Part shown: positions 1 to 8,877 of the stretch, piece after piece
Numbering within the stretch: the stretch's first letter is position 1
Layout of the letters: every line of letters begins with the position of its first letter
Virus record (IMG/VR): IMGVR_UViG_3300037067_004637
Length of the DNA stretch: 20,000 bases
Reading direction: 5' to 3' (one strand)
From: an uncultured virus (IMG/VR IMGVR_UViG_3300037067_004637)
Lineage: Duplodnaviria > Heunggongvirae > Uroviricota > Caudoviricetes
Notes under the pieces: generated by a model
What the model saw: the letters and a program-made list of their open reading frames with translations, nothing else
Told to the model about the DNA's origin: nothing
Database searches by the model: none
Made by a program: the position numbers and the translations under genes

Positions 1-26
1 GTGATATAAAAAAATATATTTAAAAA

Positions 27-1073
27 ATGAAAGAATATAAAGAAAATAAAATTTTTGTAACTGGTGTTTCTGGATCAGGAAAAACCACTTTTTGTAAAAA
101 ATATATTGATAATTTTGATAAATTATATATTAGTTTTGAAGATAATTGGGGTGGTTATATTAAAAAAATAGATAATCAAGATGGTAAATTTATAAATAAG
201 TTACCAAATAGTTTTATTGTTGATGCTATACCATATAATCCTAATGGATATCCTCAAAATTTTTTAGATTATTGTGAAAAAAATAAAAATGATGTTAAAA
301 TAATTTGTATAGCATGTACTGATAAAATATCATTTGAAAAAAGATTAGAAGAGAAATTTTATAACGATGTAGTACAAGCTCTCATTGAATATCATGGTTT
401 TTATTTTGGAACTATGTTGGAATTATATTCAAATTTAAATGTTGATTATTATGATTCTTATACAGATGAATTTATTTCATCAGATGAGTTTTATAATAGA
501 TTAAAATGGATAACTGATGGTAATTCTAATAAAATTAATACAGATTTAATTAAAAAATATTTTTTCACTTATTTAGATAATTTAAAATATGATAAAAAAT
601 ATCAGGATATAGATTGTGTTAATTTTAAAGGTTATACATCATCATATAAAACATGGGAAAATATTAAAGATTTGGTAGATTGGAAAGATAAAAAAGTTGT
701 GGATTTAGGTTGTTTTCATGGTTATTTTACATTTAATGTAGCAAAATCTGGTGGTATAGCAACAGGTTATGATATAAATCCTGATGTTTTAAGAACAACA
801 AGTTATATAAATATAATAGAAGGTGATATTATAAAAACAAAAAGATGGTGTGCTGGTGATTTAGTATCAAATGAATTTGATATTACATTATGTTTAAATG
901 TTTTACATTATTTTCCAGATATTGATATGGGATTACAAAATATTAAATCAGAATATGTACTTTTTGAAATAAATAATAATTTAGAAGAAAATGTTATAAA
1001 ATTTTTTGATATAATTAAACGAGTAGATTCACATAGAGAAGGAAGAACTATAATATTAACAAAAAGAAAATAA
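27..1073 (+). CDS. P-loop kinase-like domain fused to a class I SAM-dependent methyltransferase
   Basis: N-terminal Walker A (IFVTGVSGSGKTT). The C-terminal half has SAM motif I (VVDLGCFHGYF), then GYDINP and FDITLCLNVLHY. Confidence 0.75.
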   Translation: MKEYKENKIFVTGVSGSGKTTFCKKYIDNFDKLYISFEDNWGGYIKKIDNQDGKFINKLPNSFIVDAIPYNPNGYPQNFLDYCEKNKNDVKIICIACTDKISFEKRLEEKFYNDVVQALIEYHGFYFGTMLELYSNLNVDYYDSYTDEFISSDEFYNRLKWITDGNSNKINTDLIKKYFFTYLDNLKYDKKYQDIDCVNFKGYTSSYKTWENIKDLVDWKDKKVVDLGCFHGYFTFNVAKSGGIATGYDINPDVLRTTSYINIIEGDIIKTKRWCAGDLVSNEFDITLCLNVLHYFPDIDMGLQNIKSEYVLFEINNNLEENVIKFFDIIKRVDSHREGRTIILTKRK

Positions 1074-1099
1074 ACAAATTTTTATTTTTTAACTATAAT
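1071..1099 (+). promoter_or_regulatory. Putative promoter TAAAC-N18-TATAAT (copy 1)
   Basis: TAAAC at 1071-1075 and a perfect TATAAT at 1094-1099. The same motif and spacing recur at 7177-7205. Confidence 0.5.
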
Positions 1100-1136
1100 T
1101 ATTATTAAATATTAAATTAAAAATAAATTATTTCTT

Positions 1137-1643
1137 ATGCATGTTTCTGAACAAAGATTAACTGAATCATTAAATGTTGGTAATGAAGCCGAAATACATT
1201 TCAAAAATATTATTGTTTCAAATGGATTTAAATGGAAAAAATCTAATACATACGAAAATAAAAATCTTCATTTTGATTGTAGAATAAAAGATGAAAAAGG
1301 TGTAATATATAAAGTTGAAGTTAAAGCCCAAAAAAAGATAAATTCAACTGATGAATTCACATCACCAAATGATATTTGGTTAGAATTAACTGGTATTGAA
1401 GGTTATAAAGGTTGGATTTATGGTGAAGCTGATTTATTATCATTTGATATAGCTAATAATGAATTTATTTTAGTAAAAAGAGAAGATATTGTAAAATTTA
1501 TAGAAAAAAAGATTCTTGAAAACGGTTATAAAACAGGTAAAAAACATTATGAAATTTATAATAGGCCAGGTAGAAAAGATAAACTAGTTCTTTCTAAATT
1601 AGAAGATATAAAAAATGAAATGATTTATAGAATAGTAAAATGA
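1137..1643 (+). CDS. PD-(D/E)XK-superfamily nuclease-like protein
   Basis: GNEAE helix, FD, then VEVK (E-x-K), followed by IWLEL...GWIYGEAD. Its TGA stop overlaps the next ATG (ATGA, 1640-1643). Confidence 0.6.
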   Translation: MHVSEQRLTESLNVGNEAEIHFKNIIVSNGFKWKKSNTYENKNLHFDCRIKDEKGVIYKVEVKAQKKINSTDEFTSPNDIWLELTGIEGYKGWIYGEADLLSFDIANNEFILVKREDIVKFIEKKILENGYKTGKKHYEIYNRPGRKDKLVLSKLEDIKNEMIYRIVK

Positions 1644-2437
1644 AAATATCAATAGTTACAGCATATTATAATAGAAGATATTTATTTTATAATACATTAA
1701 AATCAATAGAAAAATCATCATTAAAAGATGAAGTTGAAATTATTGTAGTTGATGATGCTTCAGTGAAAATGGAACAAATTGATGATTTTAAAGATAAATT
1801 TAATTTAAATTTAAAAATTATTAAAATAGATAAAAAAGATAAATGGTGGATTAATCCATGTATACCTTTTAATATTGGTTTTAAAGAAGCAAGTGGCGAT
1901 GTAATAATATTACAAAATCCAGAGTGTTTACATAATGGTGACATTATAAAAACAGTTAAAGATAATATTCAAAAAAATGTTTATTTAAATTTTGCTTGTT
2001 ATTCTGTTGATGAAAAAGTTACAAGTAAAATAAATAATTTAACATATAATGATAAATATTTTGAAAATGTTAATAATATATTACAACCTATTACAAATAG
2101 AGGTATAGTTCGTGATGGTGAATGTGCTTGGTATAATCATCCAACACATAGAAATTTAAATTTACATTTTTGTTCAGCTATAATGAAAGAAGATTTAAAT
2201 GATTTGGGTGGTTTTGATGAAAGATATGCTCATGGTATAGGTTGGGATGATAATGAATTTATACATAGAATAAGACTTAAAAAAATGAATATAAATCCTA
2301 TATTAAATCCATTTGTTATACATCAGTTTCATGGTGTAACAAATTATTCTGCAAAACAAAATGAATTTATGAAGAATTTAAATTTATATAAAAATTATAC
2401 TACAACACAAAATAATTATAAAGTGAATGTTAAATAA
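1640..2437 (+). CDS. Glycosyltransferase family 2 (GT-A fold)
   Basis: ISIVTAYYNR, EIIVVDDAS, NIGFKEASGD, GGFDERY..GIGWDDNEF. Paralog of 4933-5718. Confidence 0.88.
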   Translation: MKISIVTAYYNRRYLFYNTLKSIEKSSLKDEVEIIVVDDASVKMEQIDDFKDKFNLNLKIIKIDKKDKWWINPCIPFNIGFKEASGDVIILQNPECLHNGDIIKTVKDNIQKNVYLNFACYSVDEKVTSKINNLTYNDKYFENVNNILQPITNRGIVRDGECAWYNHPTHRNLNLHFCSAIMKEDLNDLGGFDERYAHGIGWDDNEFIHRIRLKKMNINPILNPFVIHQFHGVTNYSAKQNEFMKNLNLYKNYTTTQNNYKVNVK

Positions 2438-3299
2438 TAATATACCAAAAAGAATATTTTTTTATTGGGGTGGTGAAAATATGTCATGGATGAGATATAT
2501 GACATTATATTCATTTAGAAAAATGAATCCAGAATGGGAAATGATTTTATACATCTCAAAAATGGATATAAAAGATAAAATGTGGAAAGGTTCAGAAGAA
2601 CAAGATTTTTCAAATTATATTGGCGATAATTATTTTTCAAAAATTAAAGATTTAAATATAAAAATAAAGATAGTTAATTTACCAAATAATATTAAGAAAA
2701 ATGTTAAAATAATTTCACCTGTTCATGAAAGTGATTTATTTAGATATTATGAATTAAATAAAAATGGTGGTTTTTATTCTGATATGGACATATTATTTTT
2801 TAAACCAATGGATGAATTATATAATGATATCATAAATCATAATACTGATGTTTTGTTATATCAAGGTGTAAGTTATGTTGCAATTGGATTTTTAGGTGCT
2901 AAGAAAAAAAATCAATATTTTTTAGATTTATTAAATTATTCTAAAATTGCAAATCATCATGATGATTATCAATCATATGGTGTTGATTTAATGTATAAAA
3001 TGTTTAATCAAAATAGAAACAATCCTATTATTATAAATAGTATGAAAACATTTTATAAAAATATGAATTTTTATAATTTATCAAAGGATAATTTTTATTA
3101 TTATGATTGGTTAAGAATATATGATAATTATCATAATCCTTTTGGTATTGATACATTTCCAAAAAATGCAATAGGTTATCACTGGTATGGTGGAAGTCCA
3201 ATTTCACAAAAATATAATAATTTATTAAATGAAAATAATTATAAAGATTATAGAATAACATTTTCTGAAGTAGCTGATTATATTTTAAAAATAAATTAA
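2427..3299 (+). CDS. DxD glycosyltransferase, GT32/Och1-like sugar-binding region
   Basis: IPKRIFFYWGG at the N-terminus and SDLFRY..L..NGGFYSDMD, the typical signature of this family. Confidence 0.8.
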   Translation: MLNNNIPKRIFFYWGGENMSWMRYMTLYSFRKMNPEWEMILYISKMDIKDKMWKGSEEQDFSNYIGDNYFSKIKDLNIKIKIVNLPNNIKKNVKIISPVHESDLFRYYELNKNGGFYSDMDILFFKPMDELYNDIINHNTDVLLYQGVSYVAIGFLGAKKKNQYFLDLLNYSKIANHHDDYQSYGVDLMYKMFNQNRNNPIIINSMKTFYKNMNFYNLSKDNFYYYDWLRIYDNYHNPFGIDTFPKNAIGYHWYGGSPISQKYNNLLNENNYKDYRITFSEVADYILKIN

Positions 3300-3303
3300 T
3301 AAT

Positions 3304-4044
3304 ATGATAAATAATAAATTTGTAGTTGTTGTACCTGTTTATAATTCTGAATTATATATTCAAAAATGTTTAGAATCAATTTTAAATCAAAATTATAATA
3401 ATTACGAATTAGTTGTTGTAGATGATTGTTCAACAGATAATACATATAATATTATAAATGAAATTCATAAAAAATACAATTTCAATTTTAATATTTGTAA
3501 AAATAATATTAGACGAAGTTCACCTTTAGCTAATTTCTCAAAAGGTATAGAATTATTTTCAAGAAATAAAGAAGATATTATAGTAACTGTTGATGGTGAT
3601 GATTGGTTATATGATAATAATGTATTAGAATATTTAAATACTATTTATCAAGATGAAAATATTTATATGACATATGGTCAGTATGAACCAGCCAGTAAAA
3701 CATATAGTAATTATTGCAAACAAATATTAGATTTTAAAACATATAGAAAAAGTGACAAATGGTTAGCAAGTCATTTAAGAACTTTTAAAAAGAAAGTGTG
3801 GTCTTTAATTAAAGAAGAAGATTTAAAAGATGTTGATGGTGATTTTTATAAAATTGGAAGTGATACAGCTTGGATGTATCCTTTATTAGAAATGTGTGGA
3901 AATAAACATACGAAATTTATAGATAAGATTTTATATGTTTATAATGATTTAAACCCTTCTAATGATATGAAAATACATTTAAATGAACAATTAAGAGTTA
4001 TAAATATTATTAAAAATAAAAAAGAATATGACGAATTATGTTAG
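3304..4044 (+). CDS. Glycosyltransferase family 2
   Basis: VVVPVYNSELYIQKCLESILNQ, VVVDDCSTD, DGDD. Confidence 0.9.
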   Translation: MINNKFVVVVPVYNSELYIQKCLESILNQNYNNYELVVVDDCSTDNTYNIINEIHKKYNFNFNICKNNIRRSSPLANFSKGIELFSRNKEDIIVTVDGDDWLYDNNVLEYLNTIYQDENIYMTYGQYEPASKTYSNYCKQILDFKTYRKSDKWLASHLRTFKKKVWSLIKEEDLKDVDGDFYKIGSDTAWMYPLLEMCGNKHTKFIDKILYVYNDLNPSNDMKIHLNEQLRVINIIKNKKEYDELC

Positions 4045-4928
4045 TTAATAGAAAAATTGATAATATAGAAGAACGTTTAAAGGGAGAATTTGATTATATT
4101 CAAAAAAAATATCCAACTGTTGCTTTAAACATACACGATTGGTGGGGTAAACCTAATGATAGAAGTAGAGGAAAAAATATATTATTTGCAACAGAAGGTT
4201 ATATAACTATGCCAAATAATTATAATATAGATTCAATTAAAAAATATGATGTTTTAATAACTAACAATTCTAAATTTAAAAAATTACACCCCGAATTAAA
4301 TATTGTAAATATAAATGCTCCTGTTAATTGGGAAAATTATTATGAATTAGAAACTTTTATACCATATAATAAAAAAATAAAGGGTGTTTGTTCATTACAA
4401 AGAGTATATAATACTGGTGTTGTTGGTGATATAAATTATATGAAACATAGTGTTATGAATGAATTGAATGTTGAACCATATTTGATTTTACACACTTTTG
4501 GCCCTGCACAATTTGGAAAAAAAGAATCATATCAAGGAAATTTAGGGTATAAACATAGTCATTATTATAATCTCAAAAAAATAAATGAATATTTATTTTG
4601 TTGGTGTCCTGAACCAATTTATCATGAATTGTGGAGCTATGATTATGTAACCGAAAGATTATTTAATTGTTTTAAATCTAAAACAATTGCAATTTATTAT
4701 GGTTGTTATAATATTGAAGAACTTATACCTAAAGAATTATATATAGATTTTAGAGATTTTAGAGATTTAAATGAATTATCTAATTATTTAATAGAACTTT
4801 CAAACGATAAAGAAAGATATAATAATATTATTGAAACAGCATATCAATGGAATTTAGATACTAAATTGGGTAGTATGGTAGAATTAGAAAAAATTTTACA
4901 AGAATGTATAACAAAATATTCAATTTAA
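4038..4928 (+). CDS. GT10 (alpha-1,3-fucosyltransferase)-like glycosyltransferase
   Basis: C-terminal YLFCWCPE...DYVTERLFNCF...IAIYYG...IDFRDF...L..YL resembles the GT10 motif (Y.F....EN....YVTEK......PIY.G). Confidence 0.65.
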   Translation: MLVNRKIDNIEERLKGEFDYIQKKYPTVALNIHDWWGKPNDRSRGKNILFATEGYITMPNNYNIDSIKKYDVLITNNSKFKKLHPELNIVNINAPVNWENYYELETFIPYNKKIKGVCSLQRVYNTGVVGDINYMKHSVMNELNVEPYLILHTFGPAQFGKKESYQGNLGYKHSHYYNLKKINEYLFCWCPEPIYHELWSYDYVTERLFNCFKSKTIAIYYGCYNIEELIPKELYIDFRDFRDLNELSNYLIELSNDKERYNNIIETAYQWNLDTKLGSMVELEKILQECITKYSI

Positions 4929-4932
4929 TTTT

Positions 4933-5718
4933 ATGAAAATATCTATAATATCAACATATTATAATAGAAAAGACGTTTTTTATAACACTTTAGTTTCTAT
5001 TAGTAAATCTAAATTTACTAATTATGAATATATTGTTGTTGATGATGGTAGTGATAAGGAAGAAAGAATTGAAGATTTTGAAAAAATATTTTCTTTTTTA
5101 AAAATAATAAGAATAGATAAAAAAGATAAATGGTGGATTAATCCATGTATACCTTTTAATATTGGATTTAAAGAAGCAAATGGAGATATTATTGTGTTAC
5201 AAAACCCTGAATGTTATCATATGTATGATAATTTATTATATTTTAGTGAAAATATTAAAGAAAATAATTATATATCATTATCAGCATACAGTTTAGATGA
5301 TATTTTTACCATCAAACTAAAAAATTATATTTTAAATAATAATGAAAAAGAAATAATTTCATTATTCGATAAATTGAATAAAAACAAACCAATTAATAAT
5401 TATTTAAATTGTTGGTTAAATCATTCGGTATATATGCCATTTTATTATCATTATTGTTCAGCTATTAGTAAATCTAATTTAAATTTATTAGGTGGTTTTG
5501 ATGAAAGATATGCTCATGGTATTGGTAAAGATGATGATGAATTTGTTGAAAGAATAAAAAGATTAAAAATAAAAATGTATATTAATGATAATTTAACGGT
5601 ATTACATCAATATCATTATAATATTTTTAATAATAATATATATTTTAAAGAATTAGTAAATAAAAATAAATTTATTTTTGAGAATTTTACTAAAAAAGAA
5701 TTAGATTATAAAAAATAA
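4933..5718 (+). CDS. Glycosyltransferase family 2 (paralog of 1640-2437)
   Basis: IVVDDGS, WWINPCIPFNIGFKEA, LQNPEC, GGFDERYAHGIG.DD.EF, shared with the first GT2. Confidence 0.88.
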   Translation: MKISIISTYYNRKDVFYNTLVSISKSKFTNYEYIVVDDGSDKEERIEDFEKIFSFLKIIRIDKKDKWWINPCIPFNIGFKEANGDIIVLQNPECYHMYDNLLYFSENIKENNYISLSAYSLDDIFTIKLKNYILNNNEKEIISLFDKLNKNKPINNYLNCWLNHSVYMPFYYHYCSAISKSNLNLLGGFDERYAHGIGKDDDEFVERIKRLKIKMYINDNLTVLHQYHYNIFNNNIYFKELVNKNKFIFENFTKKELDYKK

Positions 5719-5729
5719 ATATTTTAAAA

Positions 5730-6278
5730 ATGATAATTAAAAAAATTGATAAAAATGAATGGATTAACGAAAACACAAAAGATTCTAAGTGTGTTGTTGA
5801 ATTAGGTGCAGGTTTTTTTAATAGATTAAAATCTGTAAATTCTAATGTTAAAATTAAAATTGGTATAGAGATATATAAACCATATATTGATAATTCTTCT
5901 TACCATGATTGTATTAAAATTCATGGTGATATATTAGAATATAAAGAATTATTAAAAGATTATGTATTTGATACTGTTATGGTTATTGACGTTTTAGAAC
6001 ATTTAGAAAAAGATGTTGCTTTTAATTTAATGGAAAATTTGAAAAAAGATTTTAATAAAATATTATTAGATTTACCTTTTGGTAAATTTGAACAAGATAA
6101 AGATATAACTGGATTTGGTGGTCATGAATTTCAAACACACAGAAGTTATTGGTACGAAGAAGATATAGAAAAATTAAATTTTAATATTAATATATTAGAT
6201 AAATATCACCATATGAGTGATTTTAGAAAATTAAATAATTTAGATATGGGTTGTTTTTTTGGTGTTTGGAAAAAATAA
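5730..6278 (+). CDS. Class I SAM-dependent methyltransferase
   Basis: VVELGAG, GIEI, HGD, FDTVMVIDVLEHL. Confidence 0.75.
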   Translation: MIIKKIDKNEWINENTKDSKCVVELGAGFFNRLKSVNSNVKIKIGIEIYKPYIDNSSYHDCIKIHGDILEYKELLKDYVFDTVMVIDVLEHLEKDVAFNLMENLKKDFNKILLDLPFGKFEQDKDITGFGGHEFQTHRSYWYEEDIEKLNFNINILDKYHHMSDFRKLNNLDMGCFFGVWKK

Positions 6279-6288
6279 TTAAAAATAA

Positions 6289-7179
6289 ATGATAAATATA
6301 ATATGGCAAACTTTTTCTTCTGATAATCAAGTTATACATAATGAAACTTTATGTCAATTTGAATATATTACAAAAGTTTTATTTAAAAATATAGAATTCA
6401 AAAATTATTTTGATAATAAAGAATATAAAACTGTATTAAATAATTCTATTATTATTTATTCAGCTTGGAACAAATATATTGATAATGAACAAAAAGAATA
6501 TTTTAATAAATTTAAAAATAACGGTTTTAATTATATTTTATTTCATTTATCAAACGAATTTTTGGATCATTATCATGATTATTATTCTGATGCAAATTTC
6601 GTTTTTAGATTTCATTTTGATCCTGATATAAAGTTGTCTAATGTTTTTACTTTTCCTATGGGTTTTTTATCAGGTTATTTAAATAATGATAATAATATAA
6701 ATTTATCAAAAGATAGAAATTTATTGGTAACTTTTGTTGGTGATCTTAAACATGATAGACGAATAATGATAGATAATATATCTAATATAGAAAATAAATT
6801 TATACATTGTACTAATACTTGGGGTGCATCTAATATGTTATCATTTAAAGATGTTATTGAAGTATACAAAAAAACATTATTCGTTCCTATACCATTAGGT
6901 TATGGTAATAGAGATGAAACATGTAGACCATATGAAGCTTTAGAATATGGTTGTATACCTATATTGAAAAAAGTAAATGGTGTTGATTTTTACAAATCAG
7001 TTTTAGGTGAACATCCATTACCATCTGTTAATGAATGGTCAGAATTAAAACCATTAATGGAAAAATTATCAACAGAAAAAATTGATGATTTAATTATTAA
7101 AATACATAATTGGTATCTGAATTTAAAAGATGAATTATCAAAAAAAGCATCAGATATTATAAACAAAAATTTAATATAA
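6289..7179 (+). CDS. Exostosin/GT47-like (GT-B) glycosyltransferase
   Basis: R..LVTFVG and FVPIPLG....ETCRPYEALEYGCIPI resemble the exostosin-type motif F...P.G.....R..EA...GCIP. Confidence 0.6.
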   Translation: MINIIWQTFSSDNQVIHNETLCQFEYITKVLFKNIEFKNYFDNKEYKTVLNNSIIIYSAWNKYIDNEQKEYFNKFKNNGFNYILFHLSNEFLDHYHDYYSDANFVFRFHFDPDIKLSNVFTFPMGFLSGYLNNDNNINLSKDRNLLVTFVGDLKHDRRIMIDNISNIENKFIHCTNTWGASNMLSFKDVIEVYKKTLFVPIPLGYGNRDETCRPYEALEYGCIPILKKVNGVDFYKSVLGEHPLPSVNEWSELKPLMEKLSTEKIDDLIIKIHNWYLNLKDELSKKASDIINKNLI

Positions 7180-7205
7180 ACTTTAATTTACTTTAATAAT
7201 ATAAT
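7177..7205 (+). promoter_or_regulatory. Putative promoter TAAAC-N18-TATAAT (copy 2)
   Basis: TAAAC at 7177-7181 and TATAAT at 7200-7205, only 4 nt before the ATG at 7210. Confidence 0.45.
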
Positions 7206-7209
7206 ATTC

Positions 7210-8280
7210 ATGAAAATATTAACAATAATAGGAACAAGACCAGAAATTATTAGATTAAGTTTAATAATTAAAAAATTGGATGATTTAGTAGAACATGTTT
7301 TAGTTTATACAAATCAAAATTATGATTATAATTTAAGTAAAATATTTTTTGAAGAATTAGAAATTAGAAATCCTAATTATTATTTTAATTTTGAAACAAA
7401 AAGCATAGGAGAATTTCTTTCAAAATCAATTTTAGAATTTGAAAATATACTTCAAAAAGAACAACCAGATAAAATACTTATATTAGGTGATACTAATTCA
7501 GGTTTATTAGGTATAATAGGAAGAAAATATAACATACCAATTTATCATATGGAAGCTGGTAATCGTTCATTTGATGAAAGAGTTCCAGAAGAAGCAAATA
7601 GAAAAATAATAGATTCTATTTCTAAATACAATCTTCCTTATACTGAAAATAGTAAACAAAATCTTTTAAATGAAGGATATCATAAAAATTATGTTTATAA
7701 AATTGGTAATCCAATTAATGAAGTTATAAATCATTATTCAGATAAAATAAATCAAAGTAATATATTAAATACTTTAAATTTAAAAGAAAATAATTTTGTT
7801 TTAGTTACAGCACATAGATCAGAAAATGTAGATAATGATGAAAATTTAAAAACAATTATTAAATTTTTAAATAAAATTTCCGAAGATAAAATAGTTATTT
7901 TCTCTGTTCACCCAAGAACACAATCAAAAATAAAAAAATTTAGTTTAGAAATAAATTTTAATATAATATTATCTAAACCATTTGGATTTTTTGATTTTAT
8001 TAAATTAGAAAAAAATGCTTATGTAACAATATCTGATTCGGGTACTTGCGGAGAGGAAACGTATTTATTTGGAAAACAAAGTATTACAATAAGAAAATAT
8101 ACAGAAAGACAAGAATTAGTTGAATATGGGAGTACATTTTTAACAGATATTGATTACGATACCATGATTAATTGTTATAATTCAATTAAAAATATGAATA
8201 ATAATTTTACTTATAATGATGATTATTTTTCAACTAATGTGTCAGATAAGACTATAAGAATATTATTAGGAAAAAATTAA
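7210..8280 (+). CDS. wecB: Non-hydrolysing UDP-N-acetylhexosamine 2-epimerase (WecB family; FnlC/WbjD/QnlB-like subtype)
   Basis: GTRPEIIRL, LGDTNS, HMEAGNRSFDERVPEEANRKIID, TAHRSEN, HPRT, SDSGT..EE, TERQE. Confidence 0.92.
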   Translation: MKILTIIGTRPEIIRLSLIIKKLDDLVEHVLVYTNQNYDYNLSKIFFEELEIRNPNYYFNFETKSIGEFLSKSILEFENILQKEQPDKILILGDTNSGLLGIIGRKYNIPIYHMEAGNRSFDERVPEEANRKIIDSISKYNLPYTENSKQNLLNEGYHKNYVYKIGNPINEVINHYSDKINQSNILNTLNLKENNFVLVTAHRSENVDNDENLKTIIKFLNKISEDKIVIFSVHPRTQSKIKKFSLEINFNIILSKPFGFFDFIKLEKNAYVTISDSGTCGEETYLFGKQSITIRKYTERQELVEYGSTFLTDIDYDTMINCYNSIKNMNNNFTYNDDYFSTNVSDKTIRILLGKN

Positions 8281-8290
8281 TTTTTTATTG

Positions 8291-8869
8291 ATGAAGAAAT
8301 ATAATATAATTTATGCTGACCCTGCTTGGCAAATGACATATGTAAAAGGTGGATTAACTGCTGGTTCTGTTAAAGGTGGAGAAGAATTACCTTATAAAAC
8401 TATGACTGATGATGAAATAATGGCTTTGTCAATTAAAGATATTGCTGATGACAATGCTTTATTATTTATGTGGATAACAGATAATAGAATACCAAAAGTA
8501 GCGCAATTTATGGAAGCTTGGGGATTTAAATATAATTCTCTTGCTTTTGTTTGGAATAAAATTAGTAAATATAAAGAAGGTTTAGTAAGAACAACATTAA
8601 CACCATATACAAGAAGAAGTTGTGAATATTGTTTTATGGGTACAAGAGGTAAAACAAAAGATTTAATTCAAGATCATTATGTTTTACAATATGTAGCTTG
8701 GGCTAGTGAAACAAGAAAACATTCAGTAAAACCAGATGAAGTACGTCAAAGAATTGTAAAACTTTGTGGTGATTTACCAAGAATAGAATTATTCGCAAGA
8801 GAACAAAAAAATGGTTGGGATGTTTGGGGAAATGAAGTAGATTTATCTATTGATTTAAAAAATAATTAA
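8291..8869 (+). CDS. MT-A70 family N6-adenine methyltransferase
   Basis: YNIIYADPAW (variant of DPPW), Y.TM, LFMW, AWGFKY, HSVKP, RIELFAR..GWDVWGNE. ATG at 8291 is preferred over the TTG at 8288. Confidence 0.88.
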   Translation: MKKYNIIYADPAWQMTYVKGGLTAGSVKGGEELPYKTMTDDEIMALSIKDIADDNALLFMWITDNRIPKVAQFMEAWGFKYNSLAFVWNKISKYKEGLVRTTLTPYTRRSCEYCFMGTRGKTKDLIQDHYVLQYVAWASETRKHSVKPDEVRQRIVKLCGDLPRIELFAREQKNGWDVWGNEVDLSIDLKNN

Positions 8870-8877
8870 AATTAAAA

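Noticed and set aside
1687..1944. Minus-strand 85-aa ORF (also 3031-3261, 6675-6869 and 12236-12544)
   Set aside because: Each lies wholly antisense to a well-supported gene and has no recognisable motif, so these are shadow ORFs.
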